In this document: in pieces, positions 18,819-33,783 of the stretch | Position numbering within the stretch: position 1 is the stretch's first letter | Layout: every line of letters starts with the position of its first letter | Assembly (NCBI RefSeq): GCF_053078305.1 | Contig: NZ_CP166879.1 | DNA length: 64,000 bases | Direction: 5' to 3' (one strand) | Program-made: the position numbers and the translations under genes | Notes under the pieces: generated by a model | The model's database searches: none | What the model was told of the DNA's origin: nothing | What the model saw: only the letters and a program-made list of their open reading frames with translations

Positions 18819-20251
18819 TGCAGGTTTTACATGTATGTTCAGAGATGTTCCCGCTGCTTAAAACCGGCGGTCTGGCTGATGTTATTGGGGCATTACCCGC
18901 AGCACAAATCGCAGACGGCGTTGACGCTCGCGTACTGTTGCCTGCATTTCCCGATATTCGCCGTGGCGTGACCGATGCGCAGGTAGTATCCCGTCGTGAT
19001 ACCTTCGCCGGGCATATCACGCTGTTGTTCGGTCATTACAACGGGGTTGGCATATACCTGATTGACGCGCCGCATCTCTATGATCGTCCGGGAAGCCCGT
19101 ATCACGATACCAACTTATTTGCCTATACCGACAACGTATTGCGTTTTGCGCTACTGGGGTGGGTTGGGGCAGAAATGGCCAGCGGGCTTGACCCATTCTG
19201 GCGTCCTGATGTGGTGCATGCGCACGACTGGCATGCAGGCCTTGCGCCTGCGTATCTGGCGGCGCGCGGGCGTCCGGCGAAGTCGGTGTTTACTGTGCAC
19301 AACCTGGCCTATCAAGGCATGTTTTATGCACATCACATGAATGACATCCAATTGCCATGGTCATTCTTTAATATTCATGGGCTGGAATTCAACGGACAAA
19401 TCTCTTTCCTGAAGGCCGGTCTGTACTATGCCGATCACATTACGGCGGTCAGTCCAACCTACGCTCGCGAGATCACCGAACCGCAGTTTGCCTACGGTAT
19501 GGAAGGTCTGTTGCAACAGCGTCACCGTGAAGGGCGTCTTTCCGGCGTACTGAACGGCGTGGACGAGAAAATCTGGAGTCCAGAGACGGACTTACTGTTG
19601 GCCTCGCGTTACACCCGCGATACGTTGGAAGATAAAGCGGAAAATAAGCGCCAGTTACAAATCGCAATGGGGCTTAAGGTTGACGATAAAGTGCCGCTTT
19701 TTGCAGTGGTGAGCCGTCTGACCAGCCAGAAAGGTCTCGACCTGGTGCTGGAAGCCTTACCGGGCCTTCTGGAGCAGGGCGGGCAGCTGGCGCTACTCGG
19801 CGCGGGCGATCCGGTGCTGCAGGAAGGTTTCCTTGCGGCGGCAGCGGAATACCCCGGCCAGGTGGGCGTTCAGATTGGCTATCACGAAGCATTTTCGCAT
19901 CGCATTATGGGCGGCGCGGACGTCATTCTGGTGCCCAGCCGTTTTGAACCGTGCGGCTTAACGCAACTTTATGGATTGAAGTACGGTACGCTGCCGTTAG
20001 TGCGGCGCACCGGTGGGCTTGCTGATACGGTTTCTGACTGTTCTCTTGAGAACCTTGCAGATGGCGTCGCCAGTGGGTTTGTCTTTGAAGATAGTAATGC
20101 CTGGTCGCTATTACGGGCTATTCGACGTGCTTTTGTACTGTGGTCCCGTCCTTCACTGTGGCGGTTTGTGCAACGTCAGGCTATGGCAATGGATTTTAGC
20201 TGGCAGGTCGCGGCGAAGTCGTACCGTGAGCTTTACTATCGCTTGAAATAG
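18818..20251 (+). CDS. glgA: Glycogen synthase
   Basis: 477 aa; N-terminal [14 protein letters not shown] motif; start overlaps the glgC stop. Confidence 0.95.
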
Positions 20252-22717
<2,466 letters not shown>

Positions 22718-22733
22718 GTTCGCTAAAAAACAG

Positions 22734-22761
22734 AACGGGGCCACAAGGTCCCGTTTTTTTT
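22734..22761 (+). terminator. Rho-independent terminator of the glgCAP operon
   Basis: GC hairpin (cggggcc acaa ggtcccg) followed by a run of eight T. Confidence 0.7.
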
Positions 22762-22833
22762 CGCCTTTATTTCGGAAAAGTGTCCAGAGGGGGCGAGGGT
22801 TCTCGGGGAGTATAATTCCGTCATTCAGGAAGA

Positions 22834-24351
22834 ATGGACAGAATGATGCCAAATAGAAAATGGATTTTGACCTCGCTGATAATGACTTTTTTCGGCATCC
22901 CCATACTGGCGCAATTTTTGGCAGCGGTTGTTGCCATGCTGGGTGTCGGGCTTACCGGTATTATTGAAGTTTGTAATATCCTTATCACGCCAACAATTTA
23001 TCTTCTACTCAACGTCTTTATGCTGACGCTGGGGGCGATAATAATATTTTTCTCTGGTCGCGTGTGGGCCGGTGATAGCGCGCCAGAAAACAGAGAAATA
23101 GCCGTCTGGCGGCAATGCTTTTTTCTCTTACCCGCGCTATTAACCCTGGTTGGCTGGATAATCACGCTACATCTGGCAGATTATCAATTTCGCCAGATGG
23201 GAGCTGGTTGGTTGGCAAACCTTATGCTTCCCTGGTTGGGCGTTTTTTTAGTCTCATTAGTGGGTGGTGAGTACTGGTGGATGGTCATTATTCCCGTTGG
23301 GGTGCATATCAGTTTTTCGCTGGGATACGCCTGGCCGACCAGATATCCTTTATCCGGCACGTCCGGACTACGTTGCCGTAACTTACTCCTGTTTCTACTT
23401 CTCTTACTTGGTATTGTCGCCGGGTATCAGGCCCATTTATATAAGCAGCAAAATCCTGGTGTCGGTGTACGCGAAAATATTGATATCTGGGCCTGGCGAC
23501 CCGATAAACTCAATAATCGACTGACGCCGCTGCGTGGCAAACCGCAAATTCAGTTTAGGCAAAACTGGCCGCGAATCGATGGCGCCACGGCTGCGTACCC
23601 AATTTATGCTTCTGCATTTTATGCATTAAGTGTAATACCAGAGGATTTTCACGTTTGGGATTATCTGGAAAACTCTCGTACGCCAGAAGCATATAACAAA
23701 ATCGTTAAGGGCGATGCTGATATTATTTTCGTGGCGCAACCTTCCGGTGGGCAAAAAAAACGTGCAAAGGAATCTGGTGTCACTTTGCTGTACACCCCCT
23801 TTGCCCGTGAAGCATTCGTTTTCATCGTCAATGCGGATAATCCGGTTAATTCCCTGACTGAACAACAGGTGCGTGACATTTTCAGTGGTGCAATTACCAA
23901 CTGGCGTACTTTTGGCGGTAACGATCAGGAGATCCAGACCTGGCAGCGCCCGGAAGACTCTGGCAGCCAGACAGTGATGCAATCACAGGTCATGAAAAAT
24001 GTCCGCATGATCTCGCCGCAGGAAACGGAAGTGGCAAGCGTGATGGAGGGAATGATTAAAGTCGTTGCCGAATACCGTAATACAAACAACGCAATAGGCT
24101 ATACCTTCCGCTATTACGCGACGCAAATGAATGCTGATAAAAATATAAAATTGCTAGCGATTAACGGTATTACACCGACGGCGGAAAACATTCGCAACGG
24201 CAAATATGCGTACATCGTCGATGCATTTATGGTGACGAGAGAAAATAAAACGTCAGAAACACAAAAACTGGTCGAATGGTTTTTAACGCCGCAGGGGCAG
24301 AGTCTGGTAGAAGATGTGGGATATGTGCCGCTGTATAAAATCTTACCTTAA
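22834..24351 (+). CDS. Membrane-anchored protein: N-terminal polytopic domain (~6 predicted TM helices) plus C-terminal periplasmic solute-binding-protein-like domain (PBP superfamily, possibly phosphate/oxyanion type)
   Basis: 505-aa ORF. First ~200 aa hydrophobic; C-terminal part has SBP-like segments (DGATAAYPIYASAFY, FVAQPSGGQ, LLAINGITPTAENIRNGKYAY). K-12 carries only a pseudogene (yzgL) at this position as far as I recall. SBP subfamily is a guess. Confidence 0.6.
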   Translation: MDRMMPNRKWILTSLIMTFFGIPILAQFLAAVVAMLGVGLTGIIEVCNILITPTIYLLLNVFMLTLGAIIIFFSGRVWAGDSAPENREIAVWRQCFFLLPALLTLVGWIITLHLADYQFRQMGAGWLANLMLPWLGVFLVSLVGGEYWWMVIIPVGVHISFSLGYAWPTRYPLSGTSGLRCRNLLLFLLLLLGIVAGYQAHLYKQQNPGVGVRENIDIWAWRPDKLNNRLTPLRGKPQIQFRQNWPRIDGATAAYPIYASAFYALSVIPEDFHVWDYLENSRTPEAYNKIVKGDADIIFVAQPSGGQKKRAKESGVTLLYTPFAREAFVFIVNADNPVNSLTEQQVRDIFSGAITNWRTFGGNDQEIQTWQRPEDSGSQTVMQSQVMKNVRMISPQETEVASVMEGMIKVVAEYRNTNNAIGYTFRYYATQMNADKNIKLLAINGITPTAENIRNGKYAYIVDAFMVTRENKTSETQKLVEWFLTPQGQSLVEDVGYVPLYKILP

Positions 24352-24453
24352 GCAGGATAATCATATGGATACCGGTATTATTCGCCTGAACGCGGCCAAT
24401 GCTCGTTTTGTTTATCAACCGTTTACACGCAATCAGCGGAAGAGGGAGTAATT

Positions 24454-25230
24454 ATGCAATGCAGCCCCGCCATGCAGGCATTAATTGAGCAGATTTATCA
24501 TATTTTTCGTCGTTATCCGGTGCCGTCGAGATTTCATGTTTGTTGTCCTTACTGCTTTAGCGAAGAACAACAACAAGCCTTAAGAGGGGTTTCACTGCGT
24601 GCCATACCTTTCCCTTTATTACATGCCTGGGGAACAAGTATTGGTCCTACCCCGCAAAATGATGATGAGATTCGCTATTTATTACCCAGATTGTTTGAAT
24701 TTATTTCCCAAAGGCAATTTCCAGGCATTTATGAAGGCTGCTGTTTACAGAGAATAGCAGAGGCAGATAACCAGAACTGGCGAACGGACGAACTACAAAT
24801 AATTAGCGATTTCGCCTATTTATATATGCAGGATTGGGTGTCGGCTAAGGAGGTCGTAGAACTGGAAATAATATTAGAAATGTTTTATCGCGGTGGTATA
24901 AAGATTGAACCCTTACTTGACGCCATTATGTCCATTTCCGGTTACTGGCCGACGGCGTCTATGGCATGTTTGCTCTGGCGTAACAGTAAAGAATACGTCG
25001 AAAATAGCGATTTTGAGCAGAGTGATGATAATAAAACTATTACCACTCAAATTAATACCTGGGCTAGAAATAATCATCCTTTTCTGAAAGAAAGAGCGCG
25101 ACAAGCGATTGAGAACCCACTAAAACAGCCTGAACCAATGACAGAATATCAAGTCTGGGAAGACGACTGGATGATTGATGAGTGTTTATGCGCGATGTAT
25201 GACGCATCACCCGAACAATCAGGACAATAA
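24454..25230 (+). CDS. Hypothetical soluble protein, Cys-containing N-terminus (CCPYC); no family recognised
   Basis: 258-aa ORF, AT-richer than flanking core genes; its stop is 2 nt before the next ORF's start. Confidence 0.5.
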   Translation: MQCSPAMQALIEQIYHIFRRYPVPSRFHVCCPYCFSEEQQQALRGVSLRAIPFPLLHAWGTSIGPTPQNDDEIRYLLPRLFEFISQRQFPGIYEGCCLQRIAEADNQNWRTDELQIISDFAYLYMQDWVSAKEVVELEIILEMFYRGGIKIEPLLDAIMSISGYWPTASMACLLWRNSKEYVENSDFEQSDDNKTITTQINTWARNNHPFLKERARQAIENPLKQPEPMTEYQVWEDDWMIDECLCAMYDASPEQSGQ

Positions 25231-25232
25231 AG

Positions 25233-25823
25233 ATGAATAAAATCAGACTTTATATTTATCCGCTATATCTCGGCTTTGTTATTGTGCCGTTGTTGGTGTG
25301 GCCGACGGTGGTTGTTGTTGGTATCACACTGAGTTTTCTAATGGAGATGCTGTTCTCAAATTCGTTCATGCACAGGCGTATTTCCCTTCTGGAATTACAA
25401 CTTGGGTTATTGGCTGAATATACGCTTTTGTTCTGCGCCATATGTTGCGTTGGTTGGCAATTTGCTCGCATAACTCAATCTGAATTGAAAAGCAAACTGC
25501 ATTATTGGCTGGTATTTGTACCAGTTTATTTCTGGTTGCTCCTGTGGAATATCATTTTCTATGTCGCGCCAGCGAAAATTGCATTGCTGGAAAATATGCG
25601 CAGTTTCTTTCTGACCGTTGTCTGGCTCCCACTGAATTTTTCGCCATTTTGGTCTCAACCGTGGATTGACTTTGTCGGTCCAATAAGCGCACAGCTTGGT
25701 TTTGCGTTGGGATATTATTGCCAGTGGCGTAGCAAAAATAGAAGCCAGAGGAAGAAGTGGGGCGAGTGGGTAATGTGCTTAAGTTTTGTTACGTTGGGTA
25801 TGATGGCGTGGGCTTTGCGGTAA
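25233..25823 (+). CDS. Hypothetical integral membrane protein (4-5 predicted TM helices)
   Basis: 196-aa hydrophobic ORF tightly coupled to the preceding ORF; AT-rich. Confidence 0.5.
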   Translation: MNKIRLYIYPLYLGFVIVPLLVWPTVVVVGITLSFLMEMLFSNSFMHRRISLLELQLGLLAEYTLLFCAICCVGWQFARITQSELKSKLHYWLVFVPVYFWLLLWNIIFYVAPAKIALLENMRSFFLTVVWLPLNFSPFWSQPWIDFVGPISAQLGFALGYYCQWRSKNRSQRKKWGEWVMCLSFVTLGMMAWALR

Positions 25824-25876
25824 TTCCCTGAATCAAAAAGTAGGTCAGATTGTTGACAACGTGGCGCTTTGTTCAT

Positions 25877-25975
25877 GCCTGATGCGGCGTGAACGCCTTA
25901 TCAGGCCTACAAAATCATGCAAATTCAACATATTGCATAAACCACGTAGGCCTGATAAGCGTAGCGCATCAGGCA
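25877..25975. repeat. BIME: two inverted REP sequences (gcctgatgcggcgtgaacgccttatcaggcctac ... gtaggcctgataagcgtagcgcatcaggca)
   Basis: Canonical enterobacterial REP consensus (GATGCGGCG ... GGCCTAC) read directly; intergenic, downstream of glpD. Confidence 0.85.
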
Positions 25976-26037
25976 ATTTTGTGTTTGTCATCAGTCTCAG
26001 GCCAGATTGAAATCTGACCTGATCACCTTACGTTAAT

Positions 26038-27543
26038 TTACGACGCCAGCGACAACTTCTGCTGCGTATATTCCACCAGCCACTGACTCACACGAGATTG
26101 TTGATCCGCATTCAGCCACATGCCTTGTTTTGTGCGACGCCACAGGGCATCGTCGGCGCGGCGGACCCATTCGTGATCCACCAGATATTTCAGCTCCGCT
26201 TCGTAGAACTCATGACCGAAATCCTCCCCAAGGTCGCTTACCGCTCCCGCATTGCCGAGCAGCAGCTCGCTGTTGCTGCCATAAGTACGCGCGTAATGAC
26301 GTGCCAGCGATTCGGTCAGGAACGGATAACGACGGCGCAGACGAGCTGCGTAATCGTCGCGGTCGCCTTCAATGGCACCACCCGGCAGCACGCTCTCTTT
26401 CGTCCATGCCGGGCCAATGCCCTGATAATACGGCGTCAGTTTTTCCAGCGCATGTTCCGCCAGTTTGCGGTAGGTGGTCAACTTACCGCCGAATACCGAC
26501 AGCAGCGGTGCTTTGCCGTTTTCATCATGGATATCAAGGGTGTAATCACGGGTAATAGCCTGCGGCGAGTCGGACTCATCATCACACAGCGGACGCACAC
26601 CGGAGTAGGTCCAGACGATATCGTCACGGCTTAACTGCTTTTTAAAGTGCGTGTTATACACTTTCAGCAGGTAATTGATTTCACTCTCTTCAATCTTCAC
26701 TGCTTTCGGATCACCTTTGTATTCCACATCGGTGGTGCCGATGATGGAAAACTCGTCCATCCACGGGATCACGAACACAATGCGTTTATCTTCGTTTTGC
26801 AGAATGTAGGCCTGCTTTTGGGTATGCACGCGCGGCACCACAATATGGCTACCTTTGATCAGGCGAATGCCATAAGGCGAAGGCAGATGCATCCCGTCGT
26901 CGAAGAACTGTTTCACCCACGGGCCGGTGGCGTTAACCAGGCCGCGCGCTTGCCAGCTATATTTTTTGCCGGTATCGATATCTTCCGCTTCCACAATCCA
27001 CAGGCCGTTTTCGCGACGAGCAGAAGTAGCACGAGTACGAGTAAGCACTTCGCCGCCTTTACGCACCACCATCTGGGCGTTGGCGAGTACCAGACGGGCG
27101 TCGTCTACCCAACAGTCAGAATATTCGAATCCGCGCTTAATTTCCGGTTTTAACACTGAGTTTGCGCCAAAACGCAAACCAGTTGATCCCGGCAGGCTGG
27201 TGCGTTTACCCAGATGATCGTACATAAACAGACCAATGCGAATCATCCACGCCGGGCGCAGATGCGGACGATGTGGCAGGCGAAAACGCATCGGGAAGGC
27301 GATATGCGGGGCCATTTTCAGCAGCACTTCACGTTCAGCCAGCGCCTCGCTGACCAGGCGGAATTCATAGTGCTCAAGGTAGCGCAGGCCACCGTGGATG
27401 AGTTTTGAACTGGCGGAAGAGGTCGCGCAAGCGAGATCCTGCGCCTCCAGCATCAGCACGGATAAACCGCGTCCAGCGGCGTCTGCCGCGATACCAGCAC
27501 CATTGATGCCGCCACCTATCACAATCAGATCTTTGGTTTCCAT
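26038..27543 (-). CDS. glpD: Aerobic glycerol-3-phosphate dehydrogenase
   Basis: Start placed at METKDLIVIGGGINGAGIAADAAGRGL (501 aa, FAD-binding GxGxxG). Confidence 0.95.
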   Translation of the reverse strand: METKDLIVIGGGINGAGIAADAAGRGLSVLMLEAQDLACATSSASSKLIHGGLRYLEHYEFRLVSEALAEREVLLKMAPHIAFPMRFRLPHRPHLRPAWMIRIGLFMYDHLGKRTSLPGSTGLRFGANSVLKPEIKRGFEYSDCWVDDARLVLANAQMVVRKGGEVLTRTRATSARRENGLWIVEAEDIDTGKKYSWQARGLVNATGPWVKQFFDDGMHLPSPYGIRLIKGSHIVVPRVHTQKQAYILQNEDKRIVFVIPWMDEFSIIGTTDVEYKGDPKAVKIEESEINYLLKVYNTHFKKQLSRDDIVWTYSGVRPLCDDESDSPQAITRDYTLDIHDENGKAPLLSVFGGKLTTYRKLAEHALEKLTPYYQGIGPAWTKESVLPGGAIEGDRDDYAARLRRRYPFLTESLARHYARTYGSNSELLLGNAGAVSDLGEDFGHEFYEAELKYLVDHEWVRRADDALWRRTKQGMWLNADQQSRVSQWLVEYTQQKLSLAS

Positions 27544-27576
27544 GCTGCCCTCATTCACTTTCGTTAAAGCTCATAA

Positions 27577-27594
27577 ATGTTCGTTATCGAACAT
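27577..27594. promoter_or_regulatory. GlpR operator in the glpD promoter (atgttcgttatcgaacat)
   Basis: Near-palindrome with ATGTTCG / CGAACAT half-sites, ~35 bp upstream of the glpD start. Confidence 0.65.
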
Positions 27595-27654
27595 ATTAGC
27601 AAAGAATCGCGCTTTAGGTAACATTGAAAAAACATTTTAGAGTGATATGTATAA

Positions 27655-28059
<405 letters not shown>

Positions 28060-28091
28060 CGCTTTATACTGTCCCCTTTTGTGTGGAATAA

Positions 28092-28934
<843 letters not shown>

Positions 28935-28950
28935 TTCCAGGGATTTAGAA

Positions 28951-29709
28951 ATGAAACAAACACAACGTCACAACGGTATTATCGAACTGGTTAAACAGCA
29001 GGGTTATGTCAGTACCGAGGAGCTGGTGGAGCACTTCTCCGTCAGCCCGCAGACTATTCGCCGCGACCTCAACGAACTGGCAGAGCAAAACCTGATCCTG
29101 CGCCATCATGGCGGTGCGGCGCTGCCTTCCAGTTCGGTTAACACGCCGTGGCACGATCGTAAAGCCACCCAGACCGAAGAAAAAGAGAGGATTGCCCGTA
29201 AAGTGGCGGAGCAAATCCCCAACGGCTCGACGCTGTTTATCGATATCGGCACCACGCCGGAAGCGGTGGCGCACGCGCTGCTCAATCACAGCAATTTGCG
29301 CATTGTCACCAACAATCTCAATGTTGCTAACACGTTGATGGTAAAAGAAGATTTCCGCATTATTCTCGCCGGTGGCGAATTACGCAGCCGCGATGGCGGG
29401 ATCATTGGCGAAGCGACGCTCGATTTTATCTCCCAGTTCCGCCTTGATTTCGGCATTCTGGGGATAAGCGGCATCGATAGCGACGGCTCGCTGCTGGAGT
29501 TCGATTACCACGAAGTTCGCACCAAACGCGCCATTATTGAGAACTCGCGCCACGTTATGCTGGTTGTCGATCACTCCAAATTTGGCCGTAACGCGATGGT
29601 CAATATGGGCAGCATCAGCATGGTAGATGCCGTCTACACCGACGCCCCGCCGCCAGTAAGCGTGATGCAGGTGCTGACGGACCACCATATTCAACTGGAG
29701 CTGTGCTGA
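28951..29709 (+). CDS. glpR: DeoR-family repressor of the glp regulon
   Basis: Start placed at MKQTQRHNGIIELVKQQGYVSTEEL (252 aa); DeoR HTH. Confidence 0.92.
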   Translation: MKQTQRHNGIIELVKQQGYVSTEELVEHFSVSPQTIRRDLNELAEQNLILRHHGGAALPSSSVNTPWHDRKATQTEEKERIARKVAEQIPNGSTLFIDIGTTPEAVAHALLNHSNLRIVTNNLNVANTLMVKEDFRIILAGGELRSRDGGIIGEATLDFISQFRLDFGILGISGIDSDGSLLEFDYHEVRTKRAIIENSRHVMLVVDHSKFGRNAMVNMGSISMVDAVYTDAPPPVSVMQVLTDHHIQLELC

Positions 29710-31289
29710 TCCTGCAATGCTTCCCACGTCAGACCAAAACGCGCCAGGTATTTGCGTAGCCGATCCGCGTCATTGACGCTGGCTTTGCCCTGGCGCGAAA
29801 CGTCAAAAAGCTGGCGTCCGGCTGCGGAAAGCGACTTTGCCTGGCGGCAGATTGCGATAACGTGTTCCAGTTGCATACGGTCGAAGAGATCGATGTTTTC
29901 TGCCTCTGCGCCCAGTAGCTGCGTAAGCGCGGAGGGGCGGCTCTCCTGCCAGTTATAGCGCAGACGGTTTATCTCATCTTCAACCACGTCCAGAGTGATG
30001 CGTCCGCTAGTGGCAAAGGTAGCCATCCGCGTGACGCTGGCAGAAAGCTCGCGAAAGTTACCGCGCCATGTTGCCTGGGGAGATGTCGCAAAGGCCAGCC
30101 AGGCGCGCCGCGCTTCGGTGTTAAAACGCACGCTGTCGCCGGTGAGTGAAGCGTGGCGCTCCACTTCATAATCCAGGTTAGGTTCAATATCTTCCTGACG
30201 CTGGCGTAGCCCCGGCAGGGTGAAGGTCCAGAGATTGATCCGCGCGTATAGATCTTCGCGGAATTTGCCATCGGCAACCAGCTGGCGCAAATCACGCACC
30301 GTTCCGGCGATAAGCTGAAAATCACTGCTCACCTGGCGATCGCTGCCAAACGGATAAAAGGTTTTTTCTTCAATGGCTTTCAGCAGCATTGCCTGTTCGT
30401 CTGCGCCCAGTTCGCCAATCTCATCAAGAAACAACATTCCGCCGTTGGCGCTGCGTAATAATCCTTCACGAGATTCCCGCGCCCCGGTAAACGCGCCTTT
30501 CACATGACCAAACAGCGTCGACATGGCGGTATCGCCGCGCAGGGTTGCGCAGTTCACTTCCACAAACGCGCCGCTAAACTGATGCCGCGCCTGTTTTAAT
30601 TCAAATATACGTCGCGCCAGAAATGACTTGCCCGCACCGGTTGGGCCGTTTAGCAGGATCGGTGCGCGGGATTTAATCGCCACTTTTTCAATCTGCTCAA
30701 TCATGCGGTTGAAGTGGGGGTTACGCGTGGCAATACCGGACTTAAGAAAATCAAGCGTTTGCTGGCGTTCCTCGGCAAAGCGGCTGGCGATGGCGTTATA
30801 ACGGCTTAAATCGAGATCGATAATCGTCACTTCACCTGCGCCGCGCGGCTGTTCTTTTTTGCGCGGAGGTGAAGATTGTATCAACCGGGCGGGCAGGTAA
30901 CGCGCTTCAGCCAGCAGAAACCAGCAAATCTGCGCGACGTGGGTGCCGGTGGTGATGTGAATTAAATAGTCTTCTTTTTCTGGCTGAAACTCGTAACCAC
31001 GGGCGAAATCATGCAGGCAGGCGTAAACCTCTTCGAAATCCCACGGGTTATGCAGCTCAATCTCAACGCTCACCACTTCTGTTTCTGGCGAAACGCTGAC
31101 GATATCGCGTTTAAGCGTTTCAAACAGCGAGCGCGAGCGGGCGTCGTGCAATAATTCCAGTCGATCGATGACTAACGATTCTTGCTGGCATATACAGAGT
31201 GACGGACGCCATTTCGACCAGCGCTGACTGCCGCGTCCGGCATAATCCAGTACGGTGCCGACAAAGCCAAAAGCCACTGTTTTACGCAT
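29691..31289 (-). CDS. rtcR: Sigma-54-dependent transcriptional activator of rtcBA
   Basis: Start placed at [16 protein letters not shown] (532 aa); AAA+ core with GAFTGA motif; divergent from rtcB. Confidence 0.92.
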   Translation of the reverse strand: MRKTVAFGFVGTVLDYAGRGSQRWSKWRPSLCICQQESLVIDRLELLHDARSRSLFETLKRDIVSVSPETEVVSVEIELHNPWDFEEVYACLHDFARGYEFQPEKEDYLIHITTGTHVAQICWFLLAEARYLPARLIQSSPPRKKEQPRGAGEVTIIDLDLSRYNAIASRFAEERQQTLDFLKSGIATRNPHFNRMIEQIEKVAIKSRAPILLNGPTGAGKSFLARRIFELKQARHQFSGAFVEVNCATLRGDTAMSTLFGHVKGAFTGARESREGLLRSANGGMLFLDEIGELGADEQAMLLKAIEEKTFYPFGSDRQVSSDFQLIAGTVRDLRQLVADGKFREDLYARINLWTFTLPGLRQRQEDIEPNLDYEVERHASLTGDSVRFNTEARRAWLAFATSPQATWRGNFRELSASVTRMATFATSGRITLDVVEDEINRLRYNWQESRPSALTQLLGAEAENIDLFDRMQLEHVIAICRQAKSLSAAGRQLFDVSRQGKASVNDADRLRKYLARFGLTWEALQDQHSSS

Positions 31290-31423
31290 CTTAGATATCC
31301 TTATAAAAGACGATATTTCATTATCGGTAAATCGGCTTTGCGGGAAATCTCCGGTTACGGACGTAAAGATATAATCTTTTTTAAAACAATGAATTAAAAA
31401 ATTAATCTGCTTATTTAATTTTC

Positions 31424-31439
31424 TGGCACGACGGTTGCA
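31424..31439 (+). promoter_or_regulatory. Sigma-54 (-24/-12) promoter of rtcBA: TGGCAC-N5-TTGCA
   Basis: Exact match to the sigma-54 consensus, ~37 bp upstream of the rtcB ATG, next to the sigma-54 activator gene rtcR. Confidence 0.88.
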
Positions 31440-31475
31440 ATTATCAGGACATACCAACGAAAAGAGAAAAACAAA

Positions 31476-32702
31476 ATGAATTACGAATTACTGACCACTG
31501 AAAATGCCTCGGTAAAAATGTGGACCAAAGGCGTGCCGGTAGAAGCCGATGCGCGTCAGCAACTTATTAATACGGCGAAGATGCCGTTTATTTTCAAACA
31601 TATTGCGGTAATGCCTGATGTACACCTGGGTAAAGGTTCCACCATTGGTAGCGTGATCCCGACCAAAGGGGCGATTATTCCGGCGGCGGTGGGCGTGGAT
31701 ATTGGCTGTGGAATGAACGCACTACGTACCGCTTTAACGGCGGCTGACCTGCCGGAAAACCTGGCGGAGCTGCGTCAGGCGATTGAAACTGCGGTGCCGC
31801 ACGGGCGTACCACTGGCCGTTGTAAACGTGATAAAGGCGCATGGGAAAACCCGCCTGTTAACGTCGATGCGAAATGGGCTGAGCTGGAGGCCGGTTATCA
31901 GTGGTTAACGCAAAAATATCCGCGTTTCCTTAACACTAACAACTATAAACACCTGGGAACGCTGGGAACGGGTAACCACTTTATTGAAATCTGCCTTGAT
32001 GAGTCGGACCAGGTGTGGATTATGCTGCACTCCGGTTCACGCGGAATTGGTAATGCCATCGGGACTTACTTTATCGATCTGGCGCAAAAAGAGATGCAGG
32101 ACCAACTTGAGACGTTGCCGTCGCGTGATCTGGCGTACTTTATGGAAGGTACGGAATACTTTGATGATTACCTGAAAGCCGTGGCCTGGGCGCAGCTTTT
32201 TGCCAGCCTTAACCGCGATGCGATGATGGAAAACGTGGTAACAGCGTTGCAGAGCATTACGCAGAAAACGGTCAGACAGCCACAAACGCTGGCGATGGAA
32301 GAGATCAACTGTCACCACAACTATGTGCAAAAAGAACAGCACTTTGGTGAAGAGATCTATGTGACGCGTAAAGGCGCGGTGTCTGCGCGTGCTGGTCAAT
32401 ATGGAATTATTCCCGGTTCGATGGGTGCGAAAAGCTTTATCGTCCGTGGGCTGGGAAATGAAGAGTCGTTCTGTTCGTGCAGCCACGGTGCCGGGCGGGT
32501 AATGAGCCGTACTAAAGCGAAAAAACTGTTCAGCGTGGAAGATCAAATTCGTGCTACCGCGCATGTGGAATGCCGTAAAGATGCCGAAGTGATCGACGAA
32601 ATCCCGATGGCGTATAAAGATATTGATGCGGTGATGGCGGCACAAAGCGATCTGGTGGAAGTTATCTATACCCTGCGTCAGGTGGTGTGCGTAAAAGGAT
32701 AA
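31476..32702 (+). CDS. rtcB: RNA-splicing ligase RtcB (3'-phosphate/5'-OH RNA ligase)
   Basis: 408-aa ORF of the expected length and position in the rtcR/rtcBA locus. Confidence 0.95.
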   Translation: MNYELLTTENASVKMWTKGVPVEADARQQLINTAKMPFIFKHIAVMPDVHLGKGSTIGSVIPTKGAIIPAAVGVDIGCGMNALRTALTAADLPENLAELRQAIETAVPHGRTTGRCKRDKGAWENPPVNVDAKWAELEAGYQWLTQKYPRFLNTNNYKHLGTLGTGNHFIEICLDESDQVWIMLHSGSRGIGNAIGTYFIDLAQKEMQDQLETLPSRDLAYFMEGTEYFDDYLKAVAWAQLFASLNRDAMMENVVTALQSITQKTVRQPQTLAMEEINCHHNYVQKEQHFGEEIYVTRKGAVSARAGQYGIIPGSMGAKSFIVRGLGNEESFCSCSHGAGRVMSRTKAKKLFSVEDQIRATAHVECRKDAEVIDEIPMAYKDIDAVMAAQSDLVEVIYTLRQVVCVKG

Positions 32703-33734
<1,032 letters not shown>

Positions 33735-33783
33735 AATCCCTCCCGGATCAGACTCATCAGTGTGACTATCCGGTAGAGGTAAA

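Noticed and set aside
29691-31457. Long N-terminal extensions in the ORF track (rtcR 588 aa, gntX 248 aa, yhhY 193 aa, asd 387 aa, glpR 269 aa, etc.)
   Set aside because: The track reports the longest ATG-to-stop ORF. Starts were trimmed to internal Met (or TTG for gntK) codons that give the N-termini and lengths I recognise for these proteins.
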